Assembly: GCA_046090125.1 (NCBI GenBank)
Contig: JBJSZF010000199.1
Coordinates: forward strand, 1 to 33,758
Reading direction: 5' to 3'
Source: Verrucomicrobiota bacterium
GTDB lineage: Bacteria; Verrucomicrobiota; Verrucomicrobiia; Limisphaerales; UBA9464
Length of the DNA stretch: 33,758 nt
This document shows positions 7,946-18,517 of this stretch, in pieces. The notes under the pieces were generated by a model, which was given only the letters and a program-made list of their open reading frames with translations, was not told where the DNA came from and made no database searches. The stretch's first letter is position 1, and every line of letters begins with the position of its first letter. Both the position numbers and the translations under genes were made by a program.

Positions 7946-9400
7946 TCATGCGAGGGAGGGTTGGCAGCGCCCGATGCCCCGGCCGACCTCGCGGGCGAGG
8001 TCCTCGGTGGTCCAGCCCGGGCCATCAGCCAGCAGGCGGTCTGCGGCGGCGCCATGCTCCAGGACGGCAGCGCGCACGACCCGGCCGGGGTCCGACGCCA
8101 ACGACGGTTGCGCGAGCAACCCGCCCATGAACCCCGCGAGGACATCGCCGCTCCCGCCTTGGGCGAGCCATGGGTTGCCCGTTGAGTTCCACCACGGCTT
8201 CAGGCCGCTTCGCCCCACGAGCGTCGCGTGGCCCTTCAACACCACCCATGCCCCGTCGAAGTCCGTCGCGAGCCGTCGCAAGGCCCCTGCGCGGTCGGCC
8301 TGCACGTGCGTGGCAGGACAGCCCAACAACCGGCCGGCCTCGCCCGGATGCGGCGTCAACACGCGTACCTTTCCCGGCCCCACGTGCCCCTTGGCAAGCC
8401 AGTCGAGCGCGGACGCATCCGCGACCATGGCCGTCGGCGAATGGGCCCACCATGCGCGCACGCGTTCCGCCCACCATGGATCGACGCCCGGCCCCGCAAG
8501 GCCCGGACCCACAACGATGCACGTGACGCCCTCCGGCACCTCGCGAGCGGGTTCCCAGGCCTGCACCATCGCCGAGGCCACCTGCGACGCGACGGGCAGG
8601 TAGGCCGATGGATGGGTCCAAGCCGTGACCAAGCCCGGGTTGGCACGCAGCGCGCCGCGAACGGCCAGCACGGCCGCTCCGTGGTATCCGACGTTGCCGG
8701 CCACGACCAGGACGTGCCCGTGGCTGCCCTTGTGCCCATCCACGCACCGGGGCTGCGGCCAGCCCTCGAAGTCCCCGGGCCTTCCCCATTCGCCCGCAAT
8801 GTCATCCTCGGGAATCCCCGCCGCCGTCCATGCCACGAGCCCCACATCCCCCGTGACACACATGCGCCCGACGTGGCGGCTGGCGTCACCCGAGATCATG
8901 CCCAGCTTGGGAGCACCCACCGTCAACGTTTCCTCCGCCCGCACCACGGCCCCCCAGGACGATCCGTCCGACGCGTTCAACCCCGACGGCACATCCACGG
9001 CAAGGACCCGGACGCCGGACGCGTTGAGTGCTTCGACCATCGCCTTCCAATCCGGCGAAAGCGGCCGGTTCAACCCGATGCCGAACAACCCGTCCACGAC
9101 CAACGCGGGCCGCGTCCTCAACGCCGCCTGCAGGATGCCAAGGGCCCGGGCGGGATCGGCCACCTCGAGAAGCGTCGCGTCGCCGGGCAACAGGTGCGGC
9201 AGGGCCGCACGGACGTCGTCGCCATTGTGTCCCGTCCCGGCCAGCAGCAGCACCGGGCCGCGCGGGGCCATGCGGCGCGCCGCACGGGCCACCTCGGCCC
9301 CGACCCGCGCGATCACGTCGGCCTCTCGCGCCCCGGCGTTCCAGGTGGCCCGTTCCCAGGCGCGCATCCCGGCGGGGGTGAGGACGGGCAACGCGGGCAT
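7946..9400 (-). CDS. nnr: Bifunctional NAD(P)H-hydrate epimerase/dehydratase (YjeF)
   Basis: GTGHNGDD, VDGLFGIG, AVDVPSG, HKGSHG, VGPGL, DASAL, LTPHPGEAGRL, VLKG, GGSGDVLAG. Confidence 0.95.
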   Translation of the reverse strand: MPALPVLTPAGMRAWERATWNAGAREADVIARVGAEVARAARRMAPRGPVLLLAGTGHNGDDVRAALPHLLPGDATLLEVADPARALGILQAALRTRPALVVDGLFGIGLNRPLSPDWKAMVEALNASGVRVLAVDVPSGLNASDGSSWGAVVRAEETLTVGAPKLGMISGDASRHVGRMCVTGDVGLVAWTAAGIPEDDIAGEWGRPGDFEGWPQPRCVDGHKGSHGHVLVVAGNVGYHGAAVLAVRGALRANPGLVTAWTHPSAYLPVASQVASAMVQAWEPAREVPEGVTCIVVGPGLAGPGVDPWWAERVRAWWAHSPTAMVADASALDWLAKGHVGPGKVRVLTPHPGEAGRLLGCPATHVQADRAGALRRLATDFDGAWVVLKGHATLVGRSGLKPWWNSTGNPWLAQGGSGDVLAGFMGGLLAQPSLASDPGRVVRAAVLEHGAAADRLLADGPGWTTEDLAREVGRGIGRCQPSLA

Positions 9401-9431
9401 GGGCGCAGGGGGCGGCCGAATGGAGGGTCGG

Positions 9432-10979
<1,548 letters not shown>

Positions 10980-11063
10980 GAGGTGCGGCCGCCACGGCGA
11001 CGCGCGCTCCCATTCAAGGCCACGCGGCCGCGCGGGCAAGATTGCATTTCCGCGGGAACGGCA

Positions 11064-11098
11064 AGCGGGGAGCGGGGAGCGGGGGGCGGGAAGCGGGA
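11064..11098. repeat. Heptamer tandem repeat (AGCGGGG) x5
   Basis: AGCGGGG AGCGGGG AGCGGGG GGCGGGA AGCGGGA, immediately after the hom stop codon. Confidence 0.7.
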
Positions 11099-11100
11099 GG

Positions 11101-12435
11101 CTACTCGGTGTCCTCGACGCGCAGGACCGTGGGGACGGCGCGGACGGCGGGCAGGCGGGCGATGCGTGCGACGGCCTTTTGGAGCACGGCGTGCGGCGCG
11201 TCGTGGAGCATCAGGATGACGGGCACGGCCTCGCCCTCGTGGCCCTCGGGCTGGAAGATGGAGGAGATGCCGATCTGGGCGGCGCCCAGGACGGCGGCGA
11301 CGCGCGCGAACACGCCGGGGCGGTCGATGACGGTCAGGCGCACGTAATAGCGGGACACGGCCTCGGCCATGGGGACGACATGAAGCGCCTTTTGCGCGTG
11401 GGGGACAAACGCCGGGACGCGGTCGTGGCTGTCGTGGCGCAGGTCCAGCGCGGCGTCGGCCAGGTCGCTGAGGACGGAGCTGGCGGTGGGATGGCCGCCG
11501 GCGCCGCGGCCATAGAAGAGGGTGTCGCCCACCATGTCGCCCCGGACGGCGACGGCGTTGAAGGCGTGGTTGACGGAGGCGAGGACGTGGTCGTTGCGGA
11601 CGAGGGCGGGATAGACGGCGACGAGGATGCCGGGCTTGGGACGGCGGCCCTTGATGGCGCGGGGGGTGACGTGCTTGACGACGCCCAGGAGCTTGATGGT
11701 GTAGCCGAGGTGGGCGGCCATCTGGATGTCGATGCGCGAGACGTGCCGGATGCCCTCGACGTGGACCTGGTCGGGGCGCACCCAGCAGCCGTGCGCCAGC
11801 GAGGCGAGGATGCCGGTCTTGTGGGCGGCGTCGTGGCCGTCGATGTCGAGGGAGGGATCGGCTTCGGCGAACCCGAGGCGTTGGGCGTCGGCGAGGACGT
11901 CCGCGAAGTCCGCCCCCTCGAGCTTCATGCGGGTGAGGATGTAGTTGCAGGTGCCGTTGACGATGCCGCGGAGGGCGAGGGTGCGGTTTCCGACGAGGGA
12001 TTCGCGAAGGATCTTGATGATGGGGATGCCGCCGGCGACGGAGGCTTCGTAGTAGAGGTTGGCGCGATGGGCGCGGGCGGTGGCGAAGAGCTCCTCGCCA
12101 TGGGCGGAGAGGAGGGCCTTGTTGGCGGTGACGACGGGCTTCCCGTGGCGGAGGGCGGCGAGGACGGCCTCGCGGGCGGTGGTGGTGCCGCCCATGAGCT
12201 CGACGACGACATGGACGGCCGGGTTGTGCACGACGGCCTTCCAGTCCTTCATGAGGAGGTGGGACGGGATGTCGAAGCCGCGGTGGCGCTGGGGGTCGCG
12301 CACGGCGATGGCGGCCACGGCCATGCGAAGCCCGAGGCGTGCGGACAAGAGGTCGGCCCGTTCGGCCAGGGCTTGGAACACGGCTCCGCCGACCGTCCCG
12401 CCGCCCAGCAACCCGAGGTTCACCTGCTGCATCAT
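11101..12435 (-). CDS. hom: Homoserine dehydrogenase with a C-terminal ACT domain
   Basis: GLLGGGTVG, VVTANKAL, YEASVAGGIP, NGTCNYIL, GFAEADPSLDIDGHDAAHK, GRGAGGHPTAS, DRPGVFA. Confidence 0.97.
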   Translation of the reverse strand: MMQQVNLGLLGGGTVGGAVFQALAERADLLSARLGLRMAVAAIAVRDPQRHRGFDIPSHLLMKDWKAVVHNPAVHVVVELMGGTTTAREAVLAALRHGKPVVTANKALLSAHGEELFATARAHRANLYYEASVAGGIPIIKILRESLVGNRTLALRGIVNGTCNYILTRMKLEGADFADVLADAQRLGFAEADPSLDIDGHDAAHKTGILASLAHGCWVRPDQVHVEGIRHVSRIDIQMAAHLGYTIKLLGVVKHVTPRAIKGRRPKPGILVAVYPALVRNDHVLASVNHAFNAVAVRGDMVGDTLFYGRGAGGHPTASSVLSDLADAALDLRHDSHDRVPAFVPHAQKALHVVPMAEAVSRYYVRLTVIDRPGVFARVAAVLGAAQIGISSIFQPEGHEGEAVPVILMLHDAPHAVLQKAVARIARLPAVRAVPTVLRVEDTE

Positions 12436-12525
12436 GGGGGGTGAGGATGCCTTTTCGTGACGCGTTGGGTGAAGCCTGAATGCGGGGCATTGCCACGGGA
12501 TGGCGGGTTGCCGCTGAATGCCCGG

Positions 12526-13305
12526 ATGAAGCTGACCGGGCGATGGGTGGTGGTGACGGGGGCGTCAAGCGGGTTTGGCGCGGCGGCGGCGTTGGCGTTC
12601 GCGCGGGAGGGCTGCCACGTCGTGCTGGCGGCGCGGCGCCGGGAGCGGCTGGAGGAGGTCGCCTCGGCGTGCCGCGCGGCCGGGGCGGCCTCGGCGCACA
12701 CCTGCGGGGTGGACGTTGGCTCCACACCGGAGGTCGAGGCCTTCGCGGCGGCGGTGCGTGGACGGACCCCTGCGGTGCACGTGTTGGTGAACAACGCAGG
12801 CGGGGCGCACGGTCTCGATCCCGTGGCCACGGCACGCGACGCGGACTGGGAGGCCATGGTGCAGTCGAACTTCCTGGGGCTGCTGCGGATGACGCGGGCG
12901 TTGCTTCCGTTGGTTCCGAGGGACGACGGCGCCTGGATCCTGAACGTAGGTTCCATTGCCGGGCACACGGCCTACGAGGGCGGGGCCGCGTACTGCGGGG
13001 TCAAGGCGGCGGAGCGTTCGGTGACGCAGGCGCTGCGCCTGGAACTGAATGGAACGGGCATCCGCGTGGGCTCCATCGACCCCGGCATGGCCGAGACGGC
13101 GTTTTCCTTGGTGCGATTCGGTGGGGACGAGGCTCGGGCGGCGAAGGTGTACGCGGGGGTCCGGCCATTGCAGGCGGAGGACGTGGCGGAGGCGATGGTC
13201 TGGATGGCCACGCGGCCGCCGCACGTGTGCATCGACGAGATGGTGATCAAGCCCACGGACCAGGCGGCGTTCCACAAGGTGCATCGCCGGCCCACGGCCC
13301 CGTGA
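12526..13305 (+). CDS. Short-chain dehydrogenase/reductase, YdfG-like
   Basis: TGASSGFG, LAARRRERL, NNAGGAHG, GSIAG, YCGVK, DPGMAETAFSLVRFGGD, RPPHVCI. Confidence 0.9.
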   Translation: MKLTGRWVVVTGASSGFGAAAALAFAREGCHVVLAARRRERLEEVASACRAAGAASAHTCGVDVGSTPEVEAFAAAVRGRTPAVHVLVNNAGGAHGLDPVATARDADWEAMVQSNFLGLLRMTRALLPLVPRDDGAWILNVGSIAGHTAYEGGAAYCGVKAAERSVTQALRLELNGTGIRVGSIDPGMAETAFSLVRFGGDEARAAKVYAGVRPLQAEDVAEAMVWMATRPPHVCIDEMVIKPTDQAAFHKVHRRPTAP

Positions 13306-13357
13306 GCGGCCTCGGGGTCCGCGGCACCCGAGGGCCCTGGCCGTTTCCAGGGAAACC

Positions 13358-14869
13358 CTACGGCCTTTCCCCAGCGGCTTCTTCTCGTGACTTCATGGGC
13401 TGGACCTCCCCCGGGAACAGGTCCGGAACGATGAGGTGCAGGCCGTTGCGCTCGTGGCCGAGGTCCGGCGACCAGTACATCTCGTGCGCGCGGATCCCCA
13501 GCAGGGTCAACGCCCCAAACCACGTCAGGCGTCCCTCCACCGCGCCCTCGCGGAAGGCATGCTCCCGGTCCGGGCCACGTCCCAGCGTGTCCGGCGTCCC
13601 ATGCACCGGAGCCAGCCGGACCTGCCCGGGCTCGGGGGGCCCCGGGTTGAACTCGGTCGCCAGCACGTCCACCGGCGAGAACACGTTCGCCCATGTCCTG
13701 AGCGGCCGTTTCACGTGGCAACGCCCCGCGTAGTAGCCCGGCCAATAGGTGAGGATGAAGGCCACCGGGCACCCGATCGTGACCAGCGTGTCCACCCGCT
13801 CCAGTCGGCGGGCGCGGAGGTTGTCCGCCGGGAAGAGCACGTCGAGGGCGACGATGCTCCCGAAGCTATACCCCATGAGGCCCACGCGCTCGTAGCCCTC
13901 CTCCTCCTCGAGCAACCGCTCCACGTGCTCGTCCACCATTCCGGTCACCTCCGCCCGGCGGTCGCCCAGCCCGAAGTAAAACACGAACGCGAGCATTTCC
14001 TCGGACATGCGGGTGATCCAGGCGACGAGGGCCGACCGGTCGCGCGCGAGCAGTTGCCGGGCGAGGACGAGGCTTGCGACGAGCCCCGCCCAGACGTAGC
14101 CGCCGCTCCAGCCGCGCCACAGGGACTCCCAGCCCCACTCGGAGGGGTCGGCCGATGGCCCCCGGATGCCCGGCGACGGTGGGACTGACGAAGGCAAATT
14201 GCGGGCGGGCGCGCCCGCGTTGGTACCCAGTTGGACGTCCCACGTCTCGGTGGCTGCATGGGGCCGAATCGCACGACGGGACGCCTCGGCAGCCGCCGTG
14301 GACGACGGCGACGATGACGACGACGCGGCGGTTGCGGCCGGGGTGGCGGCGCCGGGCGTGGCGAGGCCCGACGCTAGGCGCGCGGCCGAGAGGACCAGGA
14401 CGGCAAGATAGGCCAGCACGAGGGCCATCCCGCCCAGGACGATAAAGGTTTGGAACACCTCCTGCCGCGTGGCGCGGCGCGGGCGGCGGCCGAGCAGGTG
14501 CAAGCCGTGGCGCCGAGCCAGCTCCAGGGCCCCCACCGCCGCCAGCAGGCATCGCGTCAGCAGCACGCGCCCCCGATGCCGGGCCAGCAACGTGTCGCGA
14601 TAGTCCACCATGTACACGTCGGCGACCGGTTGGGGCTTCGGGTTGCTGGGGCTGCGGCGCAGGATCCGGCAAAACGACCGGGGCCCGCCGGGCGCGTCGC
14701 GCAGGGCGAGGACGGACTCGTAGCGGCTGGGGCCATGGGACGACTGGCGGTCGAGCGCGTTGGCGAGCTTGTGGCCGAGCACGTCGAGCTCGTTGTTGCG
14801 GCGCACGCCCAGGGGCGGCAGGTACAACAAGGCAAACGGGGCGCGCAGGGAGGACGCTGTGTCCGGCAT
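13358..14869 (-). CDS. Membrane-anchored alpha/beta-hydrolase (lipase-like) hypothetical protein
   Basis: Hydrophobic segments, then GYSFG nucleophile elbow, LVTIGCP, WANVFSPVDVL (Asp) and AHEMYW (His). Confidence 0.65.
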   Translation of the reverse strand: MPDTASSLRAPFALLYLPPLGVRRNNELDVLGHKLANALDRQSSHGPSRYESVLALRDAPGGPRSFCRILRRSPSNPKPQPVADVYMVDYRDTLLARHRGRVLLTRCLLAAVGALELARRHGLHLLGRRPRRATRQEVFQTFIVLGGMALVLAYLAVLVLSAARLASGLATPGAATPAATAASSSSSPSSTAAAEASRRAIRPHAATETWDVQLGTNAGAPARNLPSSVPPSPGIRGPSADPSEWGWESLWRGWSGGYVWAGLVASLVLARQLLARDRSALVAWITRMSEEMLAFVFYFGLGDRRAEVTGMVDEHVERLLEEEEGYERVGLMGYSFGSIVALDVLFPADNLRARRLERVDTLVTIGCPVAFILTYWPGYYAGRCHVKRPLRTWANVFSPVDVLATEFNPGPPEPGQVRLAPVHGTPDTLGRGPDREHAFREGAVEGRLTWFGALTLLGIRAHEMYWSPDLGHERNGLHLIVPDLFPGEVQPMKSREEAAGERP

Positions 14870-15050
14870 GAACGGGTTCAACCAAACCCCTCGCCTGGGT
14901 TCAAGCATGGACCCAGTCCGCACGATGATTCACGGGGCGCCTTGGAGCCGCGGATGGACGCGCGTGGGGCGCCGATGCCGGGAGAACCCTTCCCCGCCTG
15001 CAAGATTTCGGTGACGGCGCGATGCTGGGCTTGAAACAAACGCCGGTTTT

Positions 15051-15998
15051 TCAGGGGGAACGGCGCAGGAGGGCCTGGCCCATGCGGACGCGCGCGCCGG
15101 GCTGGATGGCCGGGCAGGGCTTGAAGCCTTTCGGCACGAACAGAACGATGGTGGAGCCGTGCTCGAACCACCCGAGTTCCTCGCCCCTCCGGACGGGGTG
15201 TTGGCAGGGGATGACGTTGGGCCCGCGCCATCGGAGGTGAAGCAGGACGTCCAGGAAGTGCAGGCGAACCGACGCCACGAGGATGGCCGCCACGGCGACC
15301 ATCGCGGCGGGGCGCCCGTCAGGCAGGCGCATCCGGACCACCACGCGCTCGTTGCGGCAGAACAACCGCTCGACGCGGCGGAGGGCAATGGGGTTCACGT
15401 TCCAGGTGTCCCCGCTCACGTAGGTCACGCCCTCGATCCGGCCATCGTCGGGCGCATGGAAGCGGTGGTACATCGACGACGTGAGCCGGAGCGTGACGAA
15501 GAGGCCGTCGCGGAAGGGGGCGGCGGTGGCGGCATCCCCCATCAGCTCCTCGATGGAATAGGGGAACCCCTTGGCCTGGAACACCTCGGTCCCGCGCGCC
15601 TCGCCCATCGCGCCCACGATGCCATCGCAGGGGCTCGTCAGGACGGAGGGGTCTGGGTCCACGGGCCGCGCCCCGGGCTTCAGCTCGCGGGTGAAGCAGT
15701 CGTGGAGGCTGTCGAAGCGTGGATGGCGGGCCTCGGAGAGGTCGAGGTCGGTGAACAGGCGCCACAGGGCGATGGCGCCCTGGGCGAACGTGCGGGAGCG
15801 CACCTGGCTCACGCGGCCCATGAGGCGCGTGAGGAGGATGCGGGGCACGCGGTTGGTGAGCAGGAAGTTGAGGTCCTCCTGCAAGAGGAGGCGGTCGCGC
15901 CATGCGCGGAGGGGGCCGGGGCTGGCGCCGCGCGGGGCTGCGGGGGGCGAGGACGGGGGGGGCATGGGCGACGGGGCGGGTGAGGTGGACGTTTTCAT
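15051..15998 (-). CDS. psd: Phosphatidylserine decarboxylase-family proenzyme (variant HGST cleavage motif)
   Basis: CFTRELKPGARP, SPCDG, QAKGFPYS, MYHRFHAP, LFCRNERV, GEELGWFEHGSTIV. Start is 15998 or 15965. Confidence 0.9.
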   Translation of the reverse strand: MKTSTSPAPSPMPPPSSPPAAPRGASPGPLRAWRDRLLLQEDLNFLLTNRVPRILLTRLMGRVSQVRSRTFAQGAIALWRLFTDLDLSEARHPRFDSLHDCFTRELKPGARPVDPDPSVLTSPCDGIVGAMGEARGTEVFQAKGFPYSIEELMGDAATAAPFRDGLFVTLRLTSSMYHRFHAPDDGRIEGVTYVSGDTWNVNPIALRRVERLFCRNERVVVRMRLPDGRPAAMVAVAAILVASVRLHFLDVLLHLRWRGPNVIPCQHPVRRGEELGWFEHGSTIVLFVPKGFKPCPAIQPGARVRMGQALLRRSP

Positions 15999-17676
15999 GA
16001 ATGCATCCAGCGCATGGTGGTTAGGGTTGGCTCCGGGGTTGGCCTTGGCGTGGAAGGGCTACCGCCGGCTCCAGCTCTCGTGGGCGAAGCATCCGTCGTT
16101 GGCGGGCCATTCCAAGTGGGCGGGACGGGTGGCGCGCCTGCTGCCGGGCTACTCGTTCGGCGAGGAACGGTTCTTCGACGCGGACGGGGCGGACGCCGTG
16201 CTGGCGTCGCGTCGCAGGGCTGGGTTTGAGCGGCTTGCGGGCGAGCTGGCACGGCGTCATGCACGAACGGTGGCCCTGACGTCCGAGGCGGCGGCGCACG
16301 TGTCGGACATGCAGTTCACCAAGGCGTACCGCGTGCCCTTTCCGTTCAGCCGCCACGTGCGCGAGCGGCTGCGGCTGGGCGGGTTCGTGGACGGGTCCGA
16401 CGGCGTGACGTTGCGGGACCTGGACGGGGAGACGTTCATCGACGTGACGGGGTCGTATGGGGTGAACGTGATGGGGCACGAGTTCTACAAGTCGTGCATG
16501 GAGGAGGCGGCGCGGCGGGTGGCGGGCATGGGGGTGGTGCTGGGGTCGTTGCATCCGTGCGTGGCATGGAACGCGGCGGAGCTGTGCCGGATCTCGGGCA
16601 AGGACGAGGTGTCGTTCCACATGTCGGGGACGGAGGCGGTGATGCAGGCGGTGCGGCTGGCCCGGTACCACACGCGGCGGACGCACGTGGTGCGGTTCTG
16701 CGGCGCGTATCATGGATGGTGGGACGACGTGCAGCCCGGCCCTGGGAATCCCTCGCGCCCCGGGAAGGTTTACACGTTGAAGGAGATGGACGCGGCGACG
16801 CTGCGGGTGCTTGGGACGCGCCGGGACATTGCCTGCGTGCTGGTGAACCCGTTGCAGGCGCTGCACCCGAACCGTCCGGCCCCGGGCGACTCCACGCTGG
16901 TGGATGGCACGCGTCGCGCGGGGTTCGACCGGGGGGCCTACGCGGCGTGGCTCCAACGGCTGCGCGAGGTGTGCACGCGACGGGGCATCGTGCTGGTGTT
17001 CGACGAGGTGTTCCTTGGGTTCCGCCTCGCGCCGGGCGGTGCGCAGGGATACTTCGGGGTGCAGGCGGACCTCGTCACGTATGGGAAGACCCTGGGGGGC
17101 GGGTTGCCCGTGGGCGTGGTGTGCGGCAGGCGGGACCTGATGCGCCGGTTCCGCGAGGATCGGCCGGCGGACATCTGCTTCGCGCGGGGCACGTTCAACT
17201 CGCACCCGTTGGTGATGGCGTCGATGCAGGTGTTCCTGGAACGGCTGCAAACGCCCGCCGTCCGTGCGCTGTACGAGGGCCTCGACGAACGCTGGCAAGG
17301 CCGTGCCCGGCGGATGAACGAGCGGCTCCGGCAGGAGGGCCACCCGGTGCGCGTGGAGGCGATGTCCACCGTCTGGACGGTCCTGTATGACGTGGCGTCT
17401 CGGTATCACTGGATGCTTCAGTTCTACCTGCGGGCGGAGGGGCTGGCCCTGTCGTGGGTCGGGAGCGGCCGGATGGTGTTCAGCCTGGACTTCACGGACG
17501 CCCAGTTTGACGAGGTCACGGAACGGTTTGCACGGGCGTGCCGACGCATGCGCGACGACGGGTGGTGGACGGCGCCCCCGGGCCTGACGCACCGGGCCAT
17601 CCGAAGGCGCCTTCTCGTCGAGATGAGGACGGCCCTGCTGCGGCGCTGGGCCGGGAATCGGCCCGCCACCCACTAG
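15997..17676 (+). CDS. Class-III PLP aminotransferase (GSA-aminomutase-like fold) with a hydrophobic N-terminus
   Basis: FIDVTGSYG, SGTEAVMQAVRLAR, GAYHGW, LVFDEVFLGFR, TYGKTLGGG (PLP Lys), GTFNSHP. Confidence 0.9.
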   Translation: MNASSAWWLGLAPGLALAWKGYRRLQLSWAKHPSLAGHSKWAGRVARLLPGYSFGEERFFDADGADAVLASRRRAGFERLAGELARRHARTVALTSEAAAHVSDMQFTKAYRVPFPFSRHVRERLRLGGFVDGSDGVTLRDLDGETFIDVTGSYGVNVMGHEFYKSCMEEAARRVAGMGVVLGSLHPCVAWNAAELCRISGKDEVSFHMSGTEAVMQAVRLARYHTRRTHVVRFCGAYHGWWDDVQPGPGNPSRPGKVYTLKEMDAATLRVLGTRRDIACVLVNPLQALHPNRPAPGDSTLVDGTRRAGFDRGAYAAWLQRLREVCTRRGIVLVFDEVFLGFRLAPGGAQGYFGVQADLVTYGKTLGGGLPVGVVCGRRDLMRRFREDRPADICFARGTFNSHPLVMASMQVFLERLQTPAVRALYEGLDERWQGRARRMNERLRQEGHPVRVEAMSTVWTVLYDVASRYHWMLQFYLRAEGLALSWVGSGRMVFSLDFTDAQFDEVTERFARACRRMRDDGWWTAPPGLTHRAIRRRLLVEMRTALLRRWAGNRPATH

Positions 17677-18317
17677 CGCCCGTTGGCCTTGGCCTCTCGG
17701 ACGTCGTCCATGGGGTCGATCCACTGGCCGCGCGCGAGGGCGAGGGGCGCGCGCCAGTACAGCAGGATGTCATGGAAGGGGTCCGTGATGATCTTGGACA
17801 TCCACACGAGCCCCGTGAGGACGTCCTTGATGAAGAAGAGGTGAACGGTGCGGAACACGAGGCCGCCGAGGCCGACGTAGAGCCACACGAGGCCGAGGTT
17901 ATGGACGAGGCCCCATGCGTCCCTGGGCTCTGGGAGCAACCCGAGGAAGGACGGGCTCGCCCAGAGGACGAGGGGGGCCAGCGCCCAGAGCGACATGAGC
18001 ACCACCTTGCGGCGGAGGTTGTAGCCCACCTTGATGTCCTCCTTGTGCTCGTGCGTGGCCTCGTTGACGTGGTCGTAGGACTTGGGCTCGAAGAAGAAGT
18101 GGCCGGCCTGCCGGCTGGTCATCGAGACGCCCCACGCCACCAAGGCCGCCCAAGCTGGGTCGATGAACAACAGCCCGTAGGCGACGAGGAAGCTCAGGGC
18201 GCTGAGCAGGTGCAGCGACTGGTTCACGCGGCTGTGGTGGTAGTACCGATGGTCGTCCCAGCGCTGCACGCGCAGCGCCTCGAGGCATACGTCCAACCGT
18301 TCGATCAGCGATTTCAT
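17673..18317 (-). CDS. Mpo1/DUF962-like integral membrane protein
   Basis: YYHHSRVNQSLH and RQAGHFFFEP match the Y-H-x3-N-x3-H and Q-x-G-H-x2-F-E pattern. Four to five TM segments. AAGGAAGG upstream of the ATG at 18317. Confidence 0.7.
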   Translation of the reverse strand: MKSLIERLDVCLEALRVQRWDDHRYYHHSRVNQSLHLLSALSFLVAYGLLFIDPAWAALVAWGVSMTSRQAGHFFFEPKSYDHVNEATHEHKEDIKVGYNLRRKVVLMSLWALAPLVLWASPSFLGLLPEPRDAWGLVHNLGLVWLYVGLGGLVFRTVHLFFIKDVLTGLVWMSKIITDPFHDILLYWRAPLALARGQWIDPMDDVREAKANGR

Positions 18318-18517
18318 GGGATGCTTGCTTCCTTCCTTCGTGGTCACGGGGGACTCAACCGTCGCCGCCGCCGTCCCAAGACGGCGCCTGCTCGGTTGGC
18401 TTCCCTGTCTCCCCATCACGCACGGCTCGTGTGAAGCCCGCGTGTCGCCGCCGTTTCGATACCGGAATATTGGAGGGCCGACACCGTGCCGTTGCCGCCG
18501 GGTGCCACGATCGATGG

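Noticed and set aside
15997-17676. Calling the aminotransferase hemL
   Set aside because: About 560 aa with an N-terminal hydrophobic extension and lipid-gene context. Fold similarity alone is insufficient.
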